A stretch of DNA of 45,913 nt, from assembly GCA_002269645.1 (NCBI GenBank), contig NIVC01002963.1, forward strand, positions 1 to 45,913. The letters run 5' to 3'. Made by a program: the position numbers and the translations under genes. The notes below the pieces were generated by a model. That model searched no databases. It was not told where the DNA came from and saw only the letters and a list, made by a program, of their open reading frames with translations. The stretch comes from Macrostomum lignano (Eukaryota). Positions 1-11,953 of this stretch are shown piece after piece (position 1 is the stretch's first letter; each line of letters begins with the position of its first letter).

Positions 1-120
1 GTCGGCAGCGGTTTCGCGTTTCCAAGCCAATCGGTGGCATTCGTCTCTTAGAGCGGCAACTCGATCCAGATAGCCTTTGCCGAGCTCGTACTCTTCCCGC
101 AGGAGACGGATGTCCTCGCT
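1..120 (-). CDS. VWA3B: VWA3B coding exon 11 (partial): [40 protein letters not shown]
   Basis: Acceptor ccactccgcag at 121-131 (minus), phase 0; continues PESWE from exon 10; too short for the ORF track. Confidence 0.85.
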
Positions 121-3100
121 CTGCGGAGTGGTTTCGATGACAGGGGTAGGAAATTAAGAATCTGAGGGGCTGTATTGGGGTGGGGATTAGTGGGGCAGGA
201 AATTAAGAATCTGGGGGTGTATTGGGGTGGGTGTTATTGGGGCAGGAAATGGAGAATCTGAGGGGGGTTGTATTGGGGTGGGTGTTAGTGGGGCAGGAAA
301 TGAAGGATCTAAGGAGAGGTTTTATTGGGGTGGTGTTAGTGGGCGGGAAATCAAGAAAGTGAGCGGGGTTGTATTGGAGTGGGTGTTAGTGGGGCAGGAA
401 ATAAAGAATTTGAGGAGAGGTTGTATTTGGGGTGGGTGTTATTGAGGCAGGAAATGAAGAATCTGAGGGGGGTTGTATTGGGGTGGGTGTTAGTGGGGCA
501 GGAAATGAGATAGGCGTTAAGTAAACGGCACGTGGGGATGCCAGCGTACAATGGAATGTACAGTGAATACTTATGTACAAAAAATAGCAGCAGAATTTAA
601 ATCAGTCTACTGTAGCAATGATAGGCTATTAAATCATAAATTGCAGGTATAAAAATAAACTGATAAATTTTGTGAACTAGAATATCAAAAAAGTAAAAAG
701 TAAACGCCATGCATAAAAGCCAGGCAACCCTAAGGAAGGGTGGGTGGATAGATAATAAACGTGGGAAAGTCGGTCACGTGATGACATTTGTAGATGGGGT
801 CTATGTACATTGTTGAAAAACTATATAATATTTGCTCACACTAAACACTAACTCTCCTGTCGGAAAATCAACTGTGAGTGATGCAATTTGCGTCACAACG
901 TCCCTGCAGCTTAGGCTGGTAAGGAGAGAGATTATCGGCTGTTTTATCAGCTTGATTGCTGTGTCAGAAATTGAATAATCTGTAAATATGGAGTCAGTAG
1001 ACTTCCACAACTTGTGTGGGTCAGAGAGTCTGAGCAGTGTAAAGGGTAGGGCAGAGATGTCAAGTACTGCCAGCTGGACCGCTTGGAAAATGCTAAGCCT
1101 ATCCTGAATTAAATTCCTAGTCTAACTGTGAATAATCAAGGTTAAACTAGGAACGAAAGAAAGATCGCATCGTAGTTAAACTGAGTGTTTGAACTAATAG
1201 CACTATAATAGAGCTACTTTTTTCGCTTATTCCTACTATTTCTATTTCTGATTTATCTATACGAGTAATCAAAACAGTTAATTATTTTACTAAATTTTAC
1301 TTAAATTACTAAATATAAAACTCCCCACCTTGATCAGTAATACTGAAAAAACTTTGCGTGCTACTAACCGCAGTAGATAAATTCGGTTATGACTCTTAAC
1401 TTTCCGCGACACTCATTAAATTAAACAATTAATGCGTCTTCACGACTAATAGGAATGTATTCAGACTTACCCAATTGGTTGCTAACATGGAAGAAGTAAG
1501 GTTATTTAACTAGGAATAGGCATCGCATTTTCTAAGCGGGTGGCATCCTGGTTTCAATTTTGCATCCCAGACTCGATAGTGCTTTATTATCTGTGGCTTA
1601 AACATCAATGCTCAATTACACAGCTCTGCGTTGCGAAAATTTGCCTACTCAGTTTCTTAGCTTCATCGCGTCGCAAGTATTTAAATATTATAAAGTATTA
1701 ATAGTAGACTGCACCATACAACTACACCAAGACAAGCCGCAAATGATCAACCCGGAGAACTTCATGGGACCGTACGGTCCGAACATGCACCGACCGAAGA
1801 AGACCGACAAGTCCGACGACGGTAGCGGCAAGAAGACACCGGAGGCGCCAACGATACCCTTCAGCGTGCCGCATTTTGCCATGGACGTTAGTCAGCGTCG
1901 AGACGGCGGCGTCATGAAGACAGTGCAGCGAATGGGCCGCGGCGACGAAGATGACATTCCGGGTCACGAGGACCGAGTTTCCATACACTACGTAGCCGTG
2001 CTGCTCAACGGCGAACGGGACGGCGAGAAGGTCGAATCAACCCGCGACCCCGGCCGGCAACCGTTGGAGTTCGTGCTCAGCAAGGACAAGAATGTGGTGC
2101 CCGGACTGCACCAGGCTGTGAAGTCAATGCGGCTGGGAGAAATTGCAACCTTCTTTCTGAGGTCTGTCTTGGTCTCAAGTTGAGCTGTTTTGACAGGCTT
2201 CGTGCTCTGTGGAAATCTGGGACTCACGACAGCCATAATCTAGGACTCAAGACAACCATAATATAGGACTCAAGACAGCCATAATCTACGACTCAAGGCA
2301 GCCATAATCTAGGACTCAAGACAGCCATAATCTAGGACTCAAGACAGCCATAATCTAGGACTCAAGACAGCTATATTTTAGGACTCAAGACAGCTATATT
2401 CTACGACTCAAGACAGCCATAATCTACGACTCAAGGCAGCCATAATCTAGGACTCAAGACAGCCATAATCTAGGACTCAAGACAGCTACATTCTACGACT
2501 CAAGACAACCATAATCTAGGACTCAAGACAGCTATATTTTAGGACTCAAGACAGCTATATTCTAGGACTCAAGACAGCCATAATCTAGGACTCAAGACAG
2601 CCATAATCTAGGACTCAAGACAGCTATATTCTAGGACTCGAGCTCACTAAAAACCTTCCACATTCCACTTCGAGCAGAACCGAATACGCCTACAGCAAGC
2701 GCGGCTGTTCCACTCTGGACATCCCGCCGAAGCAGCACATGCTGTACGAAGTGGAGCTGCTGTCCTACCGAGGCGAGGACATCTCCCCGGAGGAGGACGG
2801 CAGCGTGCTGAAGAGCATCATGCGCCGCGGCACGGGCTACCTGTTTCTACCCATCGGCTCCCAGCTTCGCGTGTCGGTCAAAGGCCGACATCGTGGCGAC
2901 CTTTTTGACAGTCGAATTCTGACATTCGAACTCGGCGTGGGTGACGAGCAGGGCATCCCGGAGGGTGTGGAGCAGGCCTGCCAGAGGATGATACCGGGCG
3001 AGAAGGCTCGGGTAGTCATCGAGCCGTCCTATTCTTACGGCATCGATTTCGACAAGTTTGGCGTGCCGAAAACCGACACGGTTGTGTACGAAGTGGAGCT

Positions 3101-6100
3101 GCTGAGCTATCAGAAACCGCCCGAGCATTTTGAGGTGGGATACATTTATGGCTGCTTTTCGGGATTGGGGAATTTCGGGAATCCGAAATTTTGGGATTAC
3201 AGAATTTCGAGAATGGGGAATTTCTGGAATGGGGAACTTCTGGAATAGGGAATTTCTGGAATGGGGAACTTGTGGAATGGGAAACTTCTGGAATGGGGAA
3301 TTTCTGGATTGGGGAGTTTCTGGATTGGGGAATTTCTGGAATGGGGAGTTTCTGGATTGGGGAATTTCGGGAATGGGAAATTTCGGGAATGGGGAATCTC
3401 TGAAATGGGGAATTTCTGGAATGGGGAACTTCTGGTATAGGGAATTTCTGGAATGGGGAATTTCTGGAATGGGGAACTTGTGGAATGGGGAATTTCTGGA
3501 TGGGGAATTTCTGGAATGGGGAATTTCTGGAATGGGGAACTTCTGAGATGGGGGAGTTCTGGAATGGGGAATCTCTGAAATGGGGAATTTCTGGAATGGG
3601 GAACTTCTGGATGGGGAATTTCTGGAATGGGGAATTTCGGGAATGGGAAATTTCGGGAATGGGGAATCTCTGAAATGGGGAATTTCTGGAATGGGGAACT
3701 TCTGGGATGGGGAATTTCTGGAATGGGAAATTTCGGGAATGGGGAATCTCTGAAATGGGGAATTTCTGGAATGGGGAACTTCTGGGATAGGGAATTTCTG
3801 GAATGGGGAACTTGTGGAATGGGGAATTTCTGGAATGGGGAACTTCTGATATGGAGAATTTCTAATATGGGGAACTTCTGGAATGGGGAACTTCTGGAAT
3901 GGGGAACTTCTGGAATGGGGAGCTTCTGGAATGGGGAATTTCTGGATTGGGGAGTTTCTGGATTGGGGAATTTCTGGATTGGGGAATTTCGGGAATTTTG
4001 GAAATTGAAAATTTCTGAATCGGGAATTTCGGGAATGGGAAATTTCGGGAACAAGGGATTTCGGGAATGGGGAATCTCTGAAATGGGCAATATCTGGAAG
4101 CTCAAACCTCGTGCATCACCTTTCCAATCCAGGTGTCAGCATTCGGCAAGCTCGAGCAGGCCTACCTGGCCAAAGACAAGGGCGCGCACTACTTTGCCAA
4201 AGGCCGCTACAAGCAGGCACTCAATCATTACGAATGCGTGCTCAACTATCTGGAGCACGATCCGGACTTTTTCGACGTAGACAAGGTCGAGCACGCCGAG
4301 TTCCACGGGAAACGCCAGCAGGTCCTCCTGGCTGGCCGGCTGAACTGCGCCATCTGCTACCTGAAGCTGCGCAAATTCAAAAGCGCCATCAAGCAGTGCG
4401 ACTCTGTGCTGCAGAAGCTGGACGCCAAAAATGTCAAAGCGCTGTACAGGCGAGCCCTGGCTAGCATGGGCATAGGCAGGCTGTACGAAGCCAGGGACGA
4501 CTTTCGAGCAGTGCTGGAGCTTGAGCCTGACAACTCAAGCGCCAGCAGGGAGCTGGCCGGCTGTCTCCAAGCCATCGAGCAAGCGAAACGCCGGGAGCGA
4601 GCTCTGTGCGAGACCATCTTCCGTCGCGGCGGTCTCGGCGGCAGCGGCAGCCCGACTGCATCGTCGGCGACGAACTTGTCTGGCGAGCTGGGAGGCGACG
4701 GTCGAAAGCAGCAAAAACAACAGCAGCAGCAGCAGGAGCAGCAAGACAAACAAGAGCCAAATTCTTCCAATTAATTTTTCAAGTGATAAAACGCAATCTA
4801 TGCTACTGAACTCCCTAACTGAGTAGTATAAATAGGAAATTTTCCAGCAATTATTTTGTATGAAAGTTTGAACACCAACTTTTTTAACTGACAGTTATCA
4901 CTAAAAAACTGACAAAAATTCCTCTTTTACTACTTTTAGTAAGCTCTATAGCTAAGTAGTATGTTATTTGTACCAGCATAAACAAGCATAGTTAATAAAA
5001 TGACAAGAATAAAATACAGAAAGTATTTAACAATAAAAGCCTTACTCCGCAAAGTGTTTTGGCAATCTGTGAATTATTTTAGTATATAATGGTTCAGTAA
5101 ATATCGGGATAGTTCGGGATTCACCAACAACATTTATGATGAAAAACACACAAATAGATGCAATCAATGCATGTCATTGTTCTATGGGGCAAATCGCAGC
5201 CCCCATGCACTCACCACTCCTTCGAATTTGAGTTCGTCATCCTGGAAAAGGCGGTGCCAGGCCGCTTGGTTGGTTCTGTTCTACCGAATCACCCTTGACA
5301 AGCTTTTGATTGCTTCCCTTAATTCTCCCGTTAATTCTACCATAAAAACCCTTGATTCCCTCCTTTAATTCTCCCTTCAAGTCATTGGGTTCCCTCTCTC
5401 TTAATTCTCCCTTCAAGAAATTGGATTCCCTTAATTCTCCCTTAAGACATTTGATTGCCTCTCTTAATTCTCCCTTCAAGACATTTGATTGCTTCCCTTA
5501 ATTCTCCCTTCAAGAAATTGGATTCCCTTAATTCTCCCTTAAGACATTTGATTGCCTCTCTTAATTCTCCCTTCAAGACATTTGATTGCTTCCCTTAATT
5601 CTCCCTTCAAGAAATTGGATTCCCTTAATTCTCCCTTAAGACATTTGATTGCCTCCCTTAATTCTTCCTTAAGAAATTTGATTGCCTCCCTTAATTCTCC
5701 CTTCAAGACATTTGATTGCCTCCCTTAATTCTCCCTTCACGACATTTGATTGCCTCCCTAAATTCTCGCCTTAAGACCTTCGATTCCCTTTTCTTAGTTC
5801 TCCTCGCAAGTTGCTGAATGTTAATGAAAAAGTATATATGCAGCATATATTACTCCTTCAATTCGATAAATAGTCTGGTTAGCCAACTAAAAAATCTTGA
5901 CTCTGAACTGCTCACCTCCCAGGACTCCGGGCCGCCGTCGTTGGCCTGATCGGAGAAAATGTGAAACCTGGCGCCGGTGTCTCTGGCCAGCTGGAACAGA
6001 AACTGGTTGGCCTCGCGATCGCGGCAGTTGAACGATATGGTGTGAATTGGCAGGCGGTTGTGCAGCTGGGCCTGGGACAGCACCGTCTTGAACGGCTGGT

Positions 6101-9100
6101 CCGGCCGGCCGTCAGTCAGCAGGTAGACGGCGTGGGTTTGACGGTCGGACAGGGCGAACTTTAGCGCGGCGAGGGTGTTGGTGGTGCCGAAACAGCTCAG
6201 AGCCTGCGGGATGGGGATCGGCTAGTCGCTAGGGTAGTAGATGGTTGCTAGGGTGATGGTTGGTTGCTAGGGTGATGGTTGGTTGCTAGGGTGATGGTTG
6301 GTTGCTAGGGTGATGGTTGGTTGCTAGGGTGATGGTTGGTTGCTAGGGTAAATTTTGGTTGCTAGGGTAAATTTTGGTTGCTAGGGTGATGGATTTTTGC
6401 TAGGGTGATGGTTGGTTGCTAGGGTGATTGTTGGTTGCTAGGATGATGGTTGGTTGCTAGGGTAAATGTTGGTTGCTAGGGTGACGGCTGGTTGCGAGGA
6501 CATGGCTAGTCGCCAGGGTGATGGTTGGCTTCTATGGTGTTAATTGGATTAATATTATTATGGTTGGTAGGGTTGACGGTTGGTTGCTATGGTGATGACT
6601 AGTTGCCATGGCTATAGTAATTGTAGTACTTTCAGGATAAATGTCATTATTCCTCTACAGATAGGGTAATCATTGCATTGCTATGTGTGATCCAAATTGA
6701 GCATCAATTTGAGTTACGAGTTGGTTCTGTTTATTGAGCTGTGTTCAAAGTGTGACTGGTCGCCAAGGCTATACGGCCCACGCTAAAGCCCACCTTAATC
6801 CAGTTCCAAGCGGTCTGCAGGCTTTGCTCGGTCACTTCCACCAGCCGGTCCTTCCACGGATAGGCCTTGGTGTTGAATGCCACGAAGTTCACTCGCAGCT
6901 TGTGCCGCAGCTGCTCCTGGATGAGGATGTACAGCTTGTCCTTGACGAACCCGATGCTCGGCTCCATGCTGGCGCTGGTGTCAATTAGAAAGTACACCTG
7001 GTCCTCTACGATGGTGCCGAACAGCTCTCGGCTGCCCTCGCGCAGCCAGTCGATTCGACGCTGAATGGACTCCAGACAGACGTTCATCCGCTCCTCGTAG
7101 ATTCGGTGCAGCTCCGGGGTCACCTGCACGTGCAGAACCGTGCCGTCCTTGCCCAGCACGTGGGCGAACCTGTCGCAGTAGCGAGCGTTGATCAGCTTGG
7201 GCTGGATTAGCTGAATGGATTTGGGAGGATGTGGGAGATTGTTGCATGGATGTTTGCGCTTCATCTGCTCAAATCCCCCCCAATCCGCCCCTTGAGTCCT
7301 CCCACTCGAATCTGTCCCTAAAATCTTCCCTCTCCAATCCGCCCCTCAAGTCCTCCCTCCTCCAATCCGCCCCTCAGGCCCCCCATCAAATCTGCTTCTC
7401 AAGTCCTACCCTCCAATCCGCCCCTCAAGTCCTCTCCCCTCCAATCCGCCCCTCAAGTCCTCTCCCCTCCAATCCGCCCCTCAAGTCCTCTCCCTCTCCC
7501 CACAATCCGCCCCTCAAGTTCTCTCCCCTCCAATCCGCCCCTCAATTCCTCTCCCCTCCAATCCGCCCCTCAAGTTCTCTCCCCTCCAATCCGCCCCTCA
7601 AGTCCTCTCCCCTCCAATCCGCCCCTCAAGTCCTCTCCCCTCCAATCCGCCCCTCAAGTCCTCTCCCCTCCAATCCGCCCCTCAAGTCCTCTCCCCACAA
7701 TCCGCCCCTCAAGTCCTCTCCCCACAATCCGCCCCTCAAGTCCTCTCCCCTCCAATCCGCCCCTCAAGTCCTCTCTCCCCAATCCGCCCCTCAAGTCCTC
7801 TCCCCTCCAATCCGCCCCTCAAGTCCTCTCCCCTCCAATCCGCCCCTCAAGTCCTCTCTCCTCCAATCCGCCCCTCAAGTTCTCTCCCCTCCAATCCGCC
7901 CCTCAAGTCCTCTCCCCTCCAATCCGCCCCTCAAGTTCTCTCCCCTCCAATCCGCCCTTCAAGTCCTCTCCCCCAAATCCGCCCTTGAAGTCATTTCCCC
8001 CCAATCCGCCCCTCAAGTCCTCTCCCCTCCAATCCGCCCCTCAAGTCCTCTCCCCTCCAATCCGCCCCTCAAGTCCTCTCCCCTCCAATCCGCCCCGCCC
8101 CTTAAGTCCCCCCCGATCTGCCTTCCTATCCGCCCATCCCAACCGCCCTTTCTTCGATCCGCCCTTCTCATCCGCCCCACTAACCGCTCCGGCCTTCTCC
8201 CTGGCCTCCGGGTTGCCGTCCGGGGCCCGCATCACGTTCACGACGCCGTCACAGTGTCGAAACGACACCCCGGCCAGGATGTCGAAGAAGTCCAGCTTCT
8301 TTGCCACGATGCCGAATCGCTGCAGCCATTCGCTGCTCTTCATGTACTCTTCCTTGCGCTCGTGAGCCGTCACGGTGTCCCGCTCCACTGGCGACTCTGG
8401 AATAGGAAGATGTCCTTGTGAATTGTATTTTTGATCCCAGAGACCCAACTGGAATCCATTTTAAATCCCCACTTCGAGATCCCACGGATCATCATTCGTG
8501 ATTGAAATGGGAATAAGATCTCTAGTTCAATCCCACACCCTAAATTCCCATTCTAGATCGCCGCACTCTTAATCCCACACTCTAGATCCCACACTCTAGA
8601 TCCCACACTCTAGATCCCACACTCTAGATCCCACACTCTAGATCCCACACTCTAGATCCCACACTCTAGATCCCACACTCTAGATCCCACACTCTAGATC
8701 TCACACTCTAGATCCCATACTCTAGATCCCACACTCTAGATCCCACACTCTAGATCCCACACTCTAGATCCCTAAATATGCGCGCACCTTTCGAAGCCTG
8801 TGGGTCAGGCGTGTTCGCCAGCACGTGTTGCACCTGGGCCAACAGATTCCTGGCCTCCTCGAGCTCCTCGAACACCTTGAAGACGTCTGCTCGAATGCCG
8901 CCTCCGGCCGGGACGCCGCCGTAGAGTTTCCTCTTCAGCACGATGTTGGCCTTGTTTGTCTCCGGGTCCAGCGGTAGGCCTTCAAAACTGTCCACCTCCA
9001 TTGTGATGCTGTAGCAGTGGAATCTGCGGGATGGCATGGTGAGGGCGGACAGGATTAATAACTTTGTCATCTACTCTTGGCATTAGTATTTCTGTTATAT

Positions 9101-11712
9101 TTTCTATAGATTTTCAATTGGATTTTCTATTAGATTTTCTATTCGATTTTCTATTAGATTGTCTATTAGATTGTCTATTAGGTTTTTAACTAGATTTTCA
9201 ATTAGATTTTTAATTAGATTTTTAAATAGATTTTCTATTAGATTTTCTATTAGATTGTCTATTAGGTTTTTAACTAGATTTTCAATTAGATTTTCTATTA
9301 GATTTTCTATTAGATTGTCTATTAGATTGTCTATTAGGTTTTTAATTAGGTTTCTAATTAGATTTTCTATTAGATTTTCAATTAGATTTTCAATTAGATT
9401 TTCAAGTAGATTTTCAATTAGATTGTCTATTAGATTGTCTATTAGGTTTTTAATTCGATTTTCAATTAGATTTTCCATTAGACTTTCAATTAGATTTTCT
9501 ATTAGATGTTCTATTAGGTTTTCTGTTAAATTGTTAACAGAATCTAGAATATTGTCATGTTAGATGATATAATAGAATATCATACCATCTATCTATTATA
9601 TATCTCCATTTGTCTATTCTACATCTATTCTACCCCAGCTCTCTGTCTATACCCACTAAATTCGGCATCAAATCGCAGCCTCACCGCCCCCCTGTGAGCT
9701 CGCAGACTCCTCGGAGGAATCTCAGCGTGTCGGAGCTCTGGCAGTTGTACGCCACCACGTGGAACGGCACCTCACTGCAGGATTTCACCTTGTCGATGAG
9801 GATTTCACGGGAAGCATCTGACGAAGAGCCCTCGGTGAACAGGTAGATGGCTTCGATCTGAGATAAAAATTAAATTAGCGTATGAATTGAAATTATTTTT
9901 CTATTTTAATAGTCCTACAAGTCATAGTAATATGCATAAACTTTACACAACACAGTCTAATGAGTTGAAAATAAAGGCAGGATGTGCCCACCTCGTAAAG
10001 GAAATAATTACGGGCTACTGTTATAACCAAACGCTCCAGAGGTGATAGAACGATACTAAATTTAATTACTAACCATAGATATTTTAAAAAAAGACAGAAA
10101 AGTAAGAAATTATTAAAAATTAAAATAGCTAGTCTAAGTTTTACTAATGATGCATTTCTGGCAGTACAGGATTTACAGGATTGCTGCTTTTTAGTAGTCT
10201 AAAAGGAAGGATTTTAAATATGTTACACGAATAAATATAATCACGAAAATTGTCAGAAAGTTGTAGCTTTCACTCAGGGAACAGAGAGGTGGGACAGGGG
10301 ATTGGGGCAGGAGGTTGCGGATTGGGGTTGGGGCAGGGGGTTAGGGCAGGGGGTTAGGACAGGGGATTGGGGCAGGAGGTTGCGGATTGGGGTTGGGGCA
10401 GGGGGTTAGGGCAGGGGGTTAGGACAGGGGGTTGGGGCAGGGTGGTTGGGGCAGGGGGTTGGGGCAGGGGGTTAGGGCAGGGGGTTGGGGTAGGGGTTGG
10501 GGCAGGGGGTTGGGGCAGGGGGTTGGGGCAGGGGTTGGGGCAGGAGGTTGCGGATTGGGGTTGGGGCAGGGGGTTAGGACAGGGGGGTTGGGGCAGGGGG
10601 TTGGGGTAGGGGGTTGGGGCAGGGGGTTGGGGCAGGGGGTTAGGGCAGGGGGTTAGGACAGGGGGGTTGGGGCAGGGGGTTGGGGTAGGGGGTTGGGGCA
10701 GGGGGTTAGGGCAGGGGGTTAGGACAGGGGGTTAGGGCAGGGGGTTGGGGTAGGGGGTTGGGGCAGGGGGTTGGGGCAGGGGGTTGGGGCAGGGGGTTGG
10801 GGCAGGGGATTGGGGCAGGGGTTAGGGCAGGGGGTTAGGACAGGGGGTTGGGGCAGGGGGTTGGGGTAGGGGGTTGGGGCAGGGGTTAGGGCAGGGGGTT
10901 AGGACAGGGGGGTTGGGGCAGGGGGTTGGGGTAGGGGGTTGGGGCAGGGGGTTGGGGCAGGGGGTTGGGGCAGGGGATTGGGGCAGGGGGTTGGGGTAGG
11001 GGGTTGGGGCAGGGGGTTGGGGCAGGGGGTTGGGGCAGGGGGTTGGCGCAGGAGGTTGGGGCCGGGTGGTTGGGGCAGGGGTCGGGGCAGGGAGTGAGGT
11101 TGGGGCAGGGGGCTGGGACAGTGAACTAAATTCACTAGAACAGGGATCTGCTGGAAAATGATCTTACATCCGGATCAGCAGCCGCGCGAATCACGCCTTC
11201 CACAGTGTCAGTTGGGCTCGTGGGCGCCAGTCTATCGAGCTGCCACAACCAGTCAATCGCATTTTGCACCGTCTCCCGGGTAACTGGTTGACAGCGTGTC
11301 GAAAAGTACTGCACCTCATCCGCACATCTGCACAACGAGAGAGTGGGGGCGCGGTTTAAGAAGTCATGTCCGTGAATTCTCAGTCTGACCAGAAATTCTC
11401 ATTAGTCCTGGAAAGCCGTTATTTTTACCTTATCAGATTAAACTTTGCCTTGTGTATGATTTGCTCTTTGAGTACGCGCTCAGCCGCGCACAGGTACGTA
11501 TCGAAAGCTCTGGGCGACATGTTCTTAATATCTAGGATGATGCACACTGAGTGCTCGTAGATTACGCCAAAAATTCGACGACTCTCGCTGGTGAGCCACT
11601 CCATACGGCGTCGGTACATGCGAACTGCGTGCAGCAGGCGCTGCTCCACCTGCGGGGTGGAGTCGCTATAGTTAACTATCTGTCTGTCTGACTGTCTGTC
11701 TGCCTGTCTGCC

Positions 11713-11753
<41 letters not shown>

Positions 11754-11860
11754 GCCTGTCTGTCTGTCTGTCTGCCTGTCTGTCTGTCTGTCTGCCTGTC
11801 TGTCTGTCTGTCTGTCTGTCTGCCTGTCTGTCTGCCTGTCTGTCTGCCTGTCTGTCTACC

Positions 11861-11953
<93 letters not shown>

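Noticed and set aside
1361-1373. TACTAAC-CGCAG branch point plus acceptor (also at ~28267)
   Set aside because: No exon partner or open frame could be attached; two short matches may be chance.
3130-4280. Trp/Gly- and Pro-rich ORFs
   Set aside because: They lie in the FKBP intron 2 minisatellite; the flanking exons join correctly without them.
7231-8184. 396-aa Pro/Ser-rich extensin-like ORF
   Set aside because: It is the antisense reading of an intronic 28-bp array.
142-11110. A rule that intronic arrays are G-rich near donors and C-rich near acceptors on the sense strand
   Set aside because: Several arrays fit, but 10290-11110 (C-rich in sense, next to a donor) contradicts it and the sample is small.
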